This document shows positions 30,201 through 41,000 of a DNA stretch of 64,000 nt, piece by piece. The position numbers and the translations under genes are program-made. Every line of letters begins with the position of its first letter. The first letter of the stretch is position 1. Where the stretch lies: the IMG/VR virus record IMGVR_UViG_3300033148_002122, positions 32,001 to 96,000 of that record. One strand, written 5' to 3'. This DNA is from a virus. The notes under the pieces were generated by a model. The model did no database searches and was not told the DNA's origin. It worked only from the letters and a program-made list of their open reading frames with translations.

Positions 30201-32435
30201 GGAACAACTAGGTTGTTCGAAGCCGCTGCCGAATTTGGTTATTCAAATCTTGAGGACATGGTTGGGGATGATGGTACAGGGAGTGATTACTACAAATCTA
30301 GATATTGCCACCCAGGTGATCAACTTCTTGTTTATTGCTTAGGCCCATCAAGAACATGGGGTGACTGGTCAGATGACTCGTTTGGTGAAGGTGAACGCAA
30401 CTTACAACTTATTGCTGAGTTAGCAGAGAAAAGAAATGCATCGGTTGGTGTAGGGTATGCCGTAACCCCCTTTGATGGTGGAACAAGGCTTAGTGCTTTG
30501 TTTGATCCTAATGATGTAGATGACAGATGGCCTGGGTACATAAGTCCTAATACTTATATGACTAACCACACAGACGGGGATATAGTTTATGAGGGAAATG
30601 CTAGTTTAGCTACTGATTCTCCAGACACTGGTGACTACAGATATTATATTTTTTCAAAAGATGTATGGGAAAACTGGAGTAGTAGTGGTATTGAGTTCGC
30701 ATTTCCTTCAGCAAGAAAAGAAACAGAAGTAACATTCACTGTTTCTAGTTATTCTTTTTACTATGGAAGCATTATTATATACGGGACGTTATCACCAGAA
30801 ACGGACTTTGATATTGATCCTGCAAATGGTGAAACATTCTATAATGATTCAACAGCAGTTCCACCACTTAGCCCCGGAGGTTTACCACATGGTTCTGGGT
30901 GGTATCTTGAAGGAAGTAGAGCCAGAGAAATATACCCAATACGCTATATAAAAATGTATGGCGAAGGCGACACAGATAGAGGCAAAGTAGAATACGTATC
31001 AATAACAGATAACTACATAGATAGCGATACTCTGTATGAAGGATTGGTTCTTAACTTTAAATATTTATCATTAAATGTTGGAAATACTAATGCGCTTGAA
31101 CCTCATAAAGTAAGAACTATTGAGGATATTCCATATCCAAAACCAGATATTAATGTTGGTAAAAATACGTGGCATACTACCTTTGATCCCTATGTAGATG
31201 CTACCGCTGTTTATGATAGCATAGAAAAATCAATTCAATTTTATATTGGGAATATTAGAAACCCAATGGGTATCACAGATATTGAAATCTATAGGTATGA
31301 CGGAGAGAATCCAACAGATTCAGACTGGCCTGAAAGAGCTACCTATACACTTGGCACTGATTCTACATCCATACACACATTCAAAGAAGTTTCGAACTAC
31401 TTGCCTATAACTAGCTATAAAATTGTTCCTATTTCTGTCTATGGAGTTGAATCGTCTGAGCCTTTTTATCTTCTTAACATTACAACTAATCCGATTAACC
31501 CACCAAGTGTAGAAAGTGGTGGTGTATTCGCAAATTTTGCGTCACTAATTAATATGTCTCATGGATATGATAATGACATAATTTTTAACGTTAGAAAAAA
31601 TGGTACTAACTATGCTACTGGAGTATTATCATCCAATAAGATAACTACGTTCTATGATATTTTTTGGCAAGAGGGTGATACATACGATATAAGAGCATAC
31701 TACGATGGTTATTGGAGTGAGTACTCCGTAGTAATCGAACCTGTATGGGCAGGTATACAGACCGCTAATACTAACTTAGGTATTGAAGATGTGTATGATC
31801 ATGTAACGCTTGGTAATAGTACGTGGGATAATTATTTTGATGTTAACTTTAACCTACAGTTTACTGCCGCTACTAATAAGTTAGGAACATTTAAAATAGG
31901 CCAACCCGTGTGGTCTGGAACTGTTGGTGGATTCCAGTATAGAACAGTTGTTGTTCCTCTTTCCTACGGAGGTAAAACACAAGAATCTGCGTTAGCGGTT
32001 CCTCAGTTTGAGTTCTGGAATAGCCAAGCTGGCGGGGAGATGTTGTATAGGTTTGAGGTTAATCCTATAGAGTTTGAGTTTGAATTTGGTGTTCAGAGTA
32101 AGAGGATGTCAACACTAGATGGTCCAGATAAACTTCAGCTAAAATATCAGGATCATGTACTCCGTAGTATGGTATGGAGAAACATACCACTTCAAAGATA
32201 CGCCAAATTAGTGTCAATACTAAAAACATATATCAACGGTACTGTATGGCTCGATGCCAAGGACTTTACTATGCCAGTTAAAGGAGAATTTCCGTTTGTA
32301 TACGCTGGCGGGTATAGATATCAGATACAAGTTGTTGACGTTATTATCAAGCCCATTGATGGCAAGGGAGTTCAAAGGGGAGACGTTGAATTGAAGTATA
32401 AGCTTATAACCTCTTCTGATTCTGGAGTTATATAA
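27300..32435 (+). CDS. Multidomain tail protein: S8 subtilase, FN3 split by a glycoside hydrolase-like insert, C-terminal Dit-like domain
   Basis: VGIGQSDST (Asp), HVMKVFGIVGG (His), PAFGNGG (oxyanion Asn), GQSCATPAAAG (Ser), FGYGRPD; YGIFLDD TIM-barrel motif; C-terminal FEVNP...WRNI. Confidence 0.7.
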   Translation: MNKLSFKLSRRIDINRDSQFIKCVETHSLDNTIYYEFSYTESSSEYSWAYRYIEVKDSNVEISINKLLEFSLIESASIVNTNDEMLDISDNVIAGRCLRTCSGLAGQYWDAADIWGAGYAQAVTDSSAMFCFNLVAGCAGTSSSSYITGLVDSTVTFIAGFRDPFYTPEQLTDSTHYLERAVYFPTRSVAPNHSLQRYKVSGVESRVEANILYIAAELTEDDDTVLSSTDALYNLGIRSGIVSDGIPNTIFIAGICHHLHWSANSIDGLCIDADYEKGEMFIPGTSVRSNSLGWNIDGVQGKSVGIGQSDSTVNVGFEFDGLTSYPVERSRMVFGSQEGSGIGLFHPDLGGDGDSTHGVYLYNLGLNSVFVNNARKILYGDDLLGYTGQGYSREHVEDWSIDAGSSFHVMKVFGIVGGRWNDSGTLGVAPGCHMDPECVRGYIFELVDYGVADVYSYSLESSYLSDYGTLTFYDVVGDTGAYPIGSVANSLTAGYAASNDAWYLVPAFGNGGHYINFDSEIIGISAFSVWDGTSPVYSHGEALTFVSPVPQLIAGPYYDPNGATLFDSHSYGEYAGQSCATPAAAGGMLLLKEARPELSYFEAKNVLASSCRKFPDMTAESENWHHQFGYGRPDMLAAFNTDTTETPCAPPRGLIVDGVGRDTLLFRWTNPHYKHFEKVKILRKDALDPGTYDTFANLHSLSIEEQPEGIGQEESLEWVDTITTSPLGLSVTDSTYFGKVQLYFDFWGSSSYISTFSHNGMAEWNTTYYDLISAPGDTTSNDFPTGMPEVYFNYGGTAHAAMYVIDSTGDWFGYFIDHIRTTCEYFYDQGNPLYGIFLDDFANVISWSYIVGPEKTKTYDRNGAQNDSSHIFITCPELWSYYMASDYYPIWGDDNWEEMTKTEQKVVTIQWYYGVMNVQMESLEQQVWDIINNYCIPDGKMIVNGIGRRLDEIGGGHPTYGNWVPRYGTTRLFEAAAEFGYSNLEDMVGDDGTGSDYYKSRYCHPGDQLLVYCLGPSRTWGDWSDDSFGEGERNLQLIAELAEKRNASVGVGYAVTPFDGGTRLSALFDPNDVDDRWPGYISPNTYMTNHTDGDIVYEGNASLATDSPDTGDYRYYIFSKDVWENWSSSGIEFAFPSARKETEVTFTVSSYSFYYGSIIIYGTLSPETDFDIDPANGETFYNDSTAVPPLSPGGLPHGSGWYLEGSRAREIYPIRYIKMYGEGDTDRGKVEYVSITDNYIDSDTLYEGLVLNFKYLSLNVGNTNALEPHKVRTIEDIPYPKPDINVGKNTWHTTFDPYVDATAVYDSIEKSIQFYIGNIRNPMGITDIEIYRYDGENPTDSDWPERATYTLGTDSTSIHTFKEVSNYLPITSYKIVPISVYGVESSEPFYLLNITTNPINPPSVESGGVFANFASLINMSHGYDNDIIFNVRKNGTNYATGVLSSNKITTFYDIFWQEGDTYDIRAYYDGYWSEYSVVIEPVWAGIQTANTNLGIEDVYDHVTLGNSTWDNYFDVNFNLQFTAATNKLGTFKIGQPVWSGTVGGFQYRTVVVPLSYGGKTQESALAVPQFEFWNSQAGGEMLYRFEVNPIEFEFEFGVQSKRMSTLDGPDKLQLKYQDHVLRSMVWRNIPLQRYAKLVSILKTYINGTVWLDAKDFTMPVKGEFPFVYAGGYRYQIQVVDVIIKPIDGKGVQRGDVELKYKLITSSDSGVI

Positions 32436-32965
32436 TGTTTGTAAAGACTGTAGCACACAGATTCATACTATATGATAGCACTACTGATTTGCAGGGTAAT
32501 GATGCTCCACAGTGGGATTCTTTTATAAGGCTTTCTATTAATCCGTATTCATACAATGGATATACAGAAAGAGATTTAAATCAAGTTGATTCACTATTTG
32601 AGCCGCACGGCACACTAGTTGAAGAATCATATTTCAACTACAATCCTATAAAGTTGGAGTGGCGAAATATAGCTAAGTTTAAGTACTTTGATAAAGAACA
32701 TGGTGATGTTATAGAGGGTGGTACTTATCCACAGTTTTATGAGTTAGTGTCTATGATATACACGAATAGTGAAAAATATTATTTTCTAGATGATAGAGGG
32801 TATACTACTAGTCCAGATTTTACAGATTTAAAACATCCAAAGCAAGTGTTTATAAAGGTAAGAGTAGACACTGTTGATATTAAGGGGTTTGCAACTGTTC
32901 CAGCACCTTATTTTCATGCCGTAGAGGTTATTCTTACACCTCTAGCAATTTATACGAAGAATTAG
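32435..32965 (+). CDS. Distal-tail (Dit)-like protein
   Basis: LSINPYSY...LEWRNI resembles the C-terminal domain of the upstream ORF; position before the hub protein. Confidence 0.5.
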   Translation: MFVKTVAHRFILYDSTTDLQGNDAPQWDSFIRLSINPYSYNGYTERDLNQVDSLFEPHGTLVEESYFNYNPIKLEWRNIAKFKYFDKEHGDVIEGGTYPQFYELVSMIYTNSEKYYFLDDRGYTTSPDFTDLKHPKQVFIKVRVDTVDIKGFATVPAPYFHAVEVILTPLAIYTKN

Positions 32966-32975
32966 GAGAAGGTAA

Positions 32976-35900
32976 ATGATTCCTGAAACAAATGAAACTA
33001 GACGGGACAAAGTATTTAGTCCTCATAGTATACCTATTGGTAGGGTAAAAATATACGACACTAAGTTTACTGTACCAAGTAATGGAATTGTTTATAGAAT
33101 TTATGACCTAGGTTCTTCGCCTGGGTCAGATCCTACTTTGTACGATCCGTACTATCCTGATAATAGTTATACCTTTATACCACTTTTAAATGCAAGTGTT
33201 GATACTGGTGGCAGGATTCATGTAATATTTGATGACTGGGAAACGGGTGTCGCACCAGCAGTATCAAGTGATTATTTTGCAACAGTTTACGAAGGTTACT
33301 TTTACGCCAGGGAAACTGGGACATACAATTTAAGGCTTGACTACCTTGGTGGAGTTGAGTTATACTTTGACACCGATACAGCACATGGTTTCAAATCAGA
33401 GGGATCAAGATCAGCGCATGACATAGAAACACTCACCCCACTTTATTCTGATTGGAACAAAGAGTTAGAGACTTTTAATCCTATAGATCAGAGTCCACCA
33501 CCTTATGAAGTTAGCCTAACTGCTGGTGAGTTCTATAAGTTTAGGCTTAAATACTGGAATAGAAGAAAGGAACTAAACGCTGTAGTACTTTCTTACTGTG
33601 ACCCCAACGGGGACGGCACAACATACATACCATTCAGTGCAGGAAATTGTTCTGACTATCATTATAAAGCTACTGAGAATGAATACTTTTTAGAACCAAC
33701 AACAGTGTTGTCAGTAATACAAATGAACGGCAATAGAACTGAAACAGATGCCGCTGCATACTCATTTACTGCCAGAGCTTCTGACACAGACTCACAGAAT
33801 GCCTATAATGCTTCTCTAGATTCTTTTGGTAATATAAAGAAGGATATGCTAGTTAAGTTCCAGATAGGATACTCAACAAATAGTTACGGAGTAATAGCTT
33901 CTGAGGGTGATTTTATAACTAGATTTGTTGGTTTTGTGACTAGTGACATAAACATTCACAGAGATAAGTATGGTGCTAACATTGTTTTTTCGTGTAATGA
34001 CTTTAAGACAAGACTTATAACTTCACCTAATTTAAATTATCCAAATACTGCGTGTTATTTATACAATCAATTCTTTAACTTAGACAAGGACGGAGAACCA
34101 GACGGGTATACAAGGGTTAGGTTCTTTGACAGATGGCCTCTTGACAAGACAGTTAGAAGTTTATTAATACTTGGTGGTATTGACCCTGAATTAATATTTA
34201 AGAAGTATAGGTCTATCACAGTTGATAACACAGTTGAAGACACAATACTTAATACCATTCATGTACAAGATATAGATCTTGATTCAAGAGATAGTTATGG
34301 TAGAATAGGTTATAATTTTTCTTGGCCGTTTGATTACGAGCCATTATGGTCGTTTAAGTTTGCTACAGATACAGTTAATGATATAATTAACGAGTTGTCA
34401 AAAAATTATGGGTTTAGGTTTACATTCTCAGTTGATGGCATACCAAACATTACTTCTGTAGACTACTATAACTTTAATCCGTTACCTGAGTCTTATGTTG
34501 AAGAGAATTTTGTGTATAGTCAAGGTGCCTCTAACTTTCAATACTATGAGATAGCTCCAGGCTCATCAGCAAGCTATCAGTTCTATGGTAAACGCGCAGA
34601 CATAGTGTTTAAGAGGTCTTCAATTGCAGGTGGATTTAGAGTGTGGATTAGGAGTTATGTTAACAGCGTGTGGACTGGCTATACACTGGCTAAGACATTG
34701 TTTATTAACGGAGAGAAAACATATAGAGAAGACGGATTGTTTAATGCTGTATTTCCTATAACATGGAACGTCAGGGACGGTGTTTATTCGTTATATGGTA
34801 GTAACCCCTGTGTTGCCAAGATATTACACGGATTAGACTACGGACTACATGAATACAAGATTGAAGCAGTTGGTGAAGAATTCTATTTCGATGGAATAAG
34901 AAGTTATGTAATAGACAGCCACACACCTGTTAGGCAGTACTCTACAATAAATCATATTCGTGATCTTAGTATTATTGATAATGTTAAGGATATGATAAAT
35001 GAAGTGATTGTTGTTGGTGATAGATCTGGTCCAGACATAGGTGATTCTCAAGATATCGCCAGTCACATACCTTCCAAGCATGTATTCTGGAGATCAATTG
35101 ATATTCGTTCTCAGCTTGATCCGTCTTATAAATACTATCGTGGACGCAAGGTTCCAGTAATTATACATGAATCTAAGATAACTCAGAAGGACAGAGCCAG
35201 ATGGTTAGCTGAGTACACTCTGGAAAGATACAGAACTGTTGCGTTGTTAGCCACTTTTAGCGGTGCTGGCGATCCATATCTTGAAGTGTATGATCCTATT
35301 ACGCTACAGGATATTAAGACTCAGTTTATTACACCAGATAAAACCTTGTGGGTAACGGGGTTTTCTGAAAGTTTGCGTAAGGGTGAGTACATAGTTAGTG
35401 ATGTTCAAACTACTCCACGACCACCAATACCTAGTTTTATAAAGCAGGATACGATATCTTCGATTATAGAAGATAATTATCCAGACAAGTTTATTGCTTT
35501 TGAAGAGATTGTATACACAGGTTCTTACAGTAGGTCTGGAACTACCACACTTGGTGAATACGGTGTGGATGAATATGGCGAGACATACTATGGAGGTAGA
35601 ACACAAGAAACTTCTGGTATTGATTTTCAGAATAGAATACATTTTGATCCCTATGCTGCTAGAGAAAATAGGGACAGTCTAACCTTTAAGTGGTCCCTCA
35701 TGAAAAGGGGTTATCAATATCTAGAGGTATGGGATAGCAGAATATCAGATTCATTCTCAGATCCATATGCTTCTTACGCTAGTGATGGAATAAATATTAA
35801 TGCTGAAGCTGTTGATTTTCAGGACACAGAGCCTGGAAAACTTTTATCTGTAGTATACCTAAATAAAGAAGCTACTATGGATGAGCCAGGAGTGTACTCT

Positions 35901-38072
35901 GTTACCTGGGATACTATACATGAATCAACGGTTAAGAGTGATGCTAAGTGGGTTAAGCAAGGAAGATACAAACAGCCTTTAGACGAAGGTGAAACAGAAA
36001 ATTCTGATACACACGGAACGGGTCCGTTGTTTGGTCCTAATGGTGGTAACTTCTTTAGTATGCCATCCCATGATGCTACAGGAGGAGAGACAGACGGTTA
36101 TAACTGGCCTCACAGGTCTAGATCTTTACTATCATACTACCCGCTAAGAGTTAAGCACGTTTATATATCACCAGAAGGTGTTCTGAGTGAGTATTGGTGG
36201 GGTACACAGAGACTTAATCCAATGTATTCTGATTTTACTAATTCATTTCAGTACTATATTCATACTCTACAAATTCCAAAAAGATTTAACATGAATTTTG
36301 ATTTTGTTAGGATTAAGCAGGTAGATGATAGGTATGAGACACTACCTGACTTGTACGTTGATGGCTATTACAGTGAGGATCTAGTTAATGATAAAGATGA
36401 TATAAATGATGCAGATGGTGCTTCATGTAATTCAAGTGATTTTCCAGGTGGAAGACAGCTGTATGTTACTGAACCAAACTACTACAAGAATTCAAAATTT
36501 GTAAATGTTACGTCTGATGAAGATCACAAGTTTGGTGTATACCTAACGTGCGAAAGACCTAATCAGCTAATAAATGTTACACACGCTTTCCTTGGGTATC
36601 TAAGTAAATTTATTGGAAGAATGCGTGTTACCAAGAGAGATATCGGTGGACTTGAAATTGGTGGGTTAGTCAGTAACATGACATTTAGTACAGGGTCTAC
36701 CCCACATGAGGATTCTTGGATTGTGTCGGTAGAACACAGTGGATCCTTGTGGGATGCTGCAACCCTATTAGATGGTGAGGGTTCCGAAAATGAGTTTAAC
36801 CTAAAAAGAATACATAATTTACAGGATCAGTACGGTCCTTTTAATGGTGACTACGGTTGGAGAAGATTTGATTCTACAGTTAATCTTACTAGTTCCGTGA
36901 GTGACCTAGGTAACGTACTTGTACTTGATCTTGATTACGAGTCTAGTACCTACAGCCCACTATTCAACGGGTTAAAGAGGTTCGGACATCACCCACTAGA
37001 CAGTAGATATATGTTTCACCCAGCATGGATAGAAGGTAGATCCGAAACAGCTTGGATTGATAAACTAATGTTATCTCATCAAGCTAGCGGAATAGGTAGT
37101 GACTACGTAGCTTCTTTTTACAATGGGATGAAAACGTATACGGATGCAAAACAAGACCATGGTAACTACGTAGTTCCTAAATCGTTGCATGAAATGTTTT
37201 ATAACCTATGTACTAAGCCAAGAGAAGTTCTTAGTGGTAGTATAGCTAATGCTTCTACATACGGTGACGTAAATGCCTACGTAGACTTGTCTACTAAATT
37301 CCGTGATTATCTAGGGCAAGGAAATAATCCTGTTATTGAATACACAGGTAGTTTATACACTTGCTTTAGCGATCCAGATTATTGTAAAATGTATCAGGGT
37401 CTAAAACTTGTGCTATACATGCAGGTACTAGACGAAGGTGGTAGAGTCTATAGGGTTATTTCTGATGATGGGTTAGATCTAGATGATCCGTATCATCAGG
37501 CTACACTAGAGCATTCGTATACAGATGTTCTTGACCATATCCCTGATGAGTATGGTCTGTTAGCCCTAAATCCAGACAGCCAGTATATTACTGATAACTT
37601 TTACGACAGATTTCCAACAGCTATTATAGGCAGAGCTAGTCTAAGTGGTCCGGGTGATGACACCTACTGTAAATTCTTTGACGATATTTCGTCTATTGAT
37701 GAAGATAAAAGAGCTTTCTTTTGTTTCAGAGGAGACATAGAAAACTTTAATGTTGGGTGGCATTCTAACTACTTACATGCATTTAACAACGAGATAATTG
37801 ATTTTAGTGTAGCTTTCAATATCTACTATAATTATATCCCAGGAGCAGAAGAGGCAGAAGCAGACGAATTTTGTGTGTCGAAGCAATTAAGTAGGTATAG
37901 GTATAACGTAATGACAAAGGAAGATCTTTATGACGAAAATCTTCATACTGGGTATTATAATACGATGCATAAAGGTTTTTGTTCAGATAGATTTTTTGCA
38001 CTACATGACAGTGCAGTAGGTGTGGACGTAGCAGATTCTGGTGCTAACTTTACAGCTTATAGGGGTAACTAA
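32976..38072 (+). CDS. Tail hub/Tal-like central protein with N-terminal PA14 domain
   Basis: DYFATVYEGYFYARETGTYNL...LTAGEFYKFRLKYWN is PA14-like; INEVIVVG and GDPYLEVYDPITL are hub motifs. Confidence 0.7.
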   Translation: MIPETNETRRDKVFSPHSIPIGRVKIYDTKFTVPSNGIVYRIYDLGSSPGSDPTLYDPYYPDNSYTFIPLLNASVDTGGRIHVIFDDWETGVAPAVSSDYFATVYEGYFYARETGTYNLRLDYLGGVELYFDTDTAHGFKSEGSRSAHDIETLTPLYSDWNKELETFNPIDQSPPPYEVSLTAGEFYKFRLKYWNRRKELNAVVLSYCDPNGDGTTYIPFSAGNCSDYHYKATENEYFLEPTTVLSVIQMNGNRTETDAAAYSFTARASDTDSQNAYNASLDSFGNIKKDMLVKFQIGYSTNSYGVIASEGDFITRFVGFVTSDINIHRDKYGANIVFSCNDFKTRLITSPNLNYPNTACYLYNQFFNLDKDGEPDGYTRVRFFDRWPLDKTVRSLLILGGIDPELIFKKYRSITVDNTVEDTILNTIHVQDIDLDSRDSYGRIGYNFSWPFDYEPLWSFKFATDTVNDIINELSKNYGFRFTFSVDGIPNITSVDYYNFNPLPESYVEENFVYSQGASNFQYYEIAPGSSASYQFYGKRADIVFKRSSIAGGFRVWIRSYVNSVWTGYTLAKTLFINGEKTYREDGLFNAVFPITWNVRDGVYSLYGSNPCVAKILHGLDYGLHEYKIEAVGEEFYFDGIRSYVIDSHTPVRQYSTINHIRDLSIIDNVKDMINEVIVVGDRSGPDIGDSQDIASHIPSKHVFWRSIDIRSQLDPSYKYYRGRKVPVIIHESKITQKDRARWLAEYTLERYRTVALLATFSGAGDPYLEVYDPITLQDIKTQFITPDKTLWVTGFSESLRKGEYIVSDVQTTPRPPIPSFIKQDTISSIIEDNYPDKFIAFEEIVYTGSYSRSGTTTLGEYGVDEYGETYYGGRTQETSGIDFQNRIHFDPYAARENRDSLTFKWSLMKRGYQYLEVWDSRISDSFSDPYASYASDGININAEAVDFQDTEPGKLLSVVYLNKEATMDEPGVYSVTWDTIHESTVKSDAKWVKQGRYKQPLDEGETENSDTHGTGPLFGPNGGNFFSMPSHDATGGETDGYNWPHRSRSLLSYYPLRVKHVYISPEGVLSEYWWGTQRLNPMYSDFTNSFQYYIHTLQIPKRFNMNFDFVRIKQVDDRYETLPDLYVDGYYSEDLVNDKDDINDADGASCNSSDFPGGRQLYVTEPNYYKNSKFVNVTSDEDHKFGVYLTCERPNQLINVTHAFLGYLSKFIGRMRVTKRDIGGLEIGGLVSNMTFSTGSTPHEDSWIVSVEHSGSLWDAATLLDGEGSENEFNLKRIHNLQDQYGPFNGDYGWRRFDSTVNLTSSVSDLGNVLVLDLDYESSTYSPLFNGLKRFGHHPLDSRYMFHPAWIEGRSETAWIDKLMLSHQASGIGSDYVASFYNGMKTYTDAKQDHGNYVVPKSLHEMFYNLCTKPREVLSGSIANASTYGDVNAYVDLSTKFRDYLGQGNNPVIEYTGSLYTCFSDPDYCKMYQGLKLVLYMQVLDEGGRVYRVISDDGLDLDDPYHQATLEHSYTDVLDHIPDEYGLLALNPDSQYITDNFYDRFPTAIIGRASLSGPGDDTYCKFFDDISSIDEDKRAFFCFRGDIENFNVGWHSNYLHAFNNEIIDFSVAFNIYYNYIPGAEEAEADEFCVSKQLSRYRYNVMTKEDLYDENLHTGYYNTMHKGFCSDRFFALHDSAVGVDVADSGANFTAYRGN

Positions 38073-41000
38073 TGGCTAAAGACGAAATTATTAGAAGTCA
38101 AAGAAAACAAGTTAACAAGCAAATAAAAGAACATCTAGGATCAGGCAATCTAGTTGACTTCTCTGACAGGAAAAATACTTCTGCAATAATTTATAGTGAA
38201 AATATACCTGATGTTCCAGTTCAGCATGTAGACAAGCTGTTATGGAGAGGGTATTGGTTTATCTATGAGCAACCTGGAGTCTACGTACCAAGCCCAAGCA
38301 GCATAGAAACATACGTTGAAGTGTCAGTGAATGACCCTACTAACTCGCAGTCTAGTATGATTTCGCAAGAGCCAGATGGTGGTAAATTCTTCTATGAATT
38401 TATTTATTCTGGTAGCGATTACAATGAATACAGGTATGTTAACCTAGGTGTGTACACAACATTTATACCCGCTGTAACTGGTGCTATTCCAATTACTTTT
38501 GCTGCTTCTGTTGGAGACAGAGTTGCGTTATATCAAGATGGTATACTCCTAACTAACGGCTACTCACAGAATGGTGGTCGTGTTACAGCTAGTATTAATT
38601 TAAGAAAAAATACAAGAACTACGCTGTCCCTACAGTTTTATTCACCAAGTTATAAGGATGAGGACTCTCCTCTGTCTAGATTTGCTAGAATATATACTAA
38701 TATTGCGAACTACGTACTAGCCTACGGTGATGCCAAACCTGATACGCCAACAAACTTGACTGCAATTGCTAGCGACGAGGGCAATAGAGTTACATGGAAT
38801 ATATCATCATCTACCGCACAGTATGTTGCAGGCACAGAGGTGTATCATCAACGTGAGGATGACAACAGCTTTCATCTATCGGGGATAGTCGAAGGCTTAG
38901 AAACTGAGTTTATTCATAATAAGGATATATATGATCATTTTCCCAACGGAGATCTTGAGTATTCACCAATCCAGATTCATATAGGTGGAGGAAGTTGGGA
39001 ATACGAAAGTATATTTATTGAAGGATACGGAAACGTACACTCACTACATCTTTCTCACACTGATAATGGTTGGGAAAACTATGCCTACTCTGCTGACCAA
39101 AATGAATTCTTTAGGTGGAGATTTGGTTCTGATGATGATATTCCTCTTCAAGCCGACTGTGGTATTTATCTATATCACGTAGATAACAGAGGTGATAGCA
39201 TAGGAGAGCTAAGAAGTCATGCATCTGACTATGCTCTTGAATTTCCTACCGATACATTTTTAGACGATAGATCACTAGAGGGAATACTAGATGATGTACT
39301 AGATTGTCCAAATTCTAGTGGTTTTTGGTGTTTGGCCTTAAACCCAAATGAAGTTAGTGCCGGAAGTGAATCAGATAGACATTTTGCACTCGGTATTGAT
39401 GACATAATTATAAATGGTAACTATGACTACAGACTTACTTTCCAGTCAAGACTTGCCTTAACGGGTAAGTATGATCCTGTGAATGGTTTTGAAGATTATA
39501 GTGAGGATGATGCATACGCAGAAGCTAGCCCAACAGTCTATTATAAGGTTAAGGCAGTTGTTGATAACTCATATATAGTAGAGGACGATTCCTGGGTTGC
39601 TCTAGGAACTGTTTTACCATCACTTAACGGGTGGGGATTTAACTCTATGGTTGCAACGGCAGAGGACATGACTGCCGCTATTGTTGAGCTAATACCAGAG
39701 GGTAGTGTGTTTGTTGTTTCAGCCATACAGTTTAAGTTCTCGTTATTAGACGATGAACTAGACTATGATTCTGTTAATGACAACATGTACTATAAGATGT
39801 GGCTACTCGGAGGTGTTGACTTATTCCCTGTTCAGGGAGCAACCCTTGAGTCAGGGGTGGAATATACTTACAAAGTTAGACACTTTACTAACGGCCATAT
39901 ACTAAGTGAATACTCAGACACTGTGTCTGTTGTTGCTGTTATGCCACAGGCACCTACATCTGTTGACGTTAACATGATTGACGTAGAGGCAGATACTAAA
40001 TGGAATAATATTACACCGCTTGAGGTTGTAGTTAGTTCCTTGTCTGAGTTACAGACAATACCAAGACTTGAAATGAAGCATACTGGTTCTTCAAATATTT
40101 ATGGAGCGTCCTATATTGAACCCGCTGGTCCTGATGGCTGGGTTTCTGTTCCTGTAGGTGCTATTACTGAGGGGATGTCAGATCCAGACCACCTACACAC
40201 TAAGTGGACAATTCAGGCACAGCACATGAAGGACATGGGGTTCTGGGCAGAGTGGTTATACTATACCGGACTTGACTTTCCATCAGAAATTACAGACTAT
40301 TATAGTCACCAGTTCACCCAGCACGATAGGTATGAGTTTAGAGTAGTTGCTTCCCCCGTTGGGGAAGAAGTAATAGACATAGAACATCTATTCTATGCTG
40401 TGTATGACACAGAACCACCTTCTTGCTATGTTGAGGTAACAGATCTGTATAGTAGACTGAGTAGTAGCATAGATGGCTATGTACTACACGGTGGTAAGTC
40501 TCTGTTAGAGAGTCCCAGTAGTAATAGTTCAGAGATTACAGTAAGATTTATGCTTAAAATTCCAGAAACAACCACTATAACTGGTCTGAGTGCTGAGTAT
40601 GACTGGAGAGCAGATGGATCTAAATTTAGATACCTAATAGTTAAGAACATAGGAGTAGATTTACACAAACCTATTTCACTCCTTGAGTACGAGTGGGATC
40701 CACTTACTACGTATATTTACGGAGGTTTTGGATCTAGTACTGTGCAAGAATACTATGAAGATAACTTTGTTGACTACTACGGTAATACGGTATCAAGCTA
40801 TGATCATGATTATGTTTATGGTCTAAAACTTAATGAAGATTATGATGAGTGGCACGAATACAATCGTGACACTGTGCATGAGGTTTCATTTACTCTTGAA
40901 GCCGATGACGTACTAATAGGTGTTGATATCTATATTGAAGTTGAAAATTCAATAGGAGAAAGATTCGAATATGGTTTATACGCTATTGATCTATCTAGTA

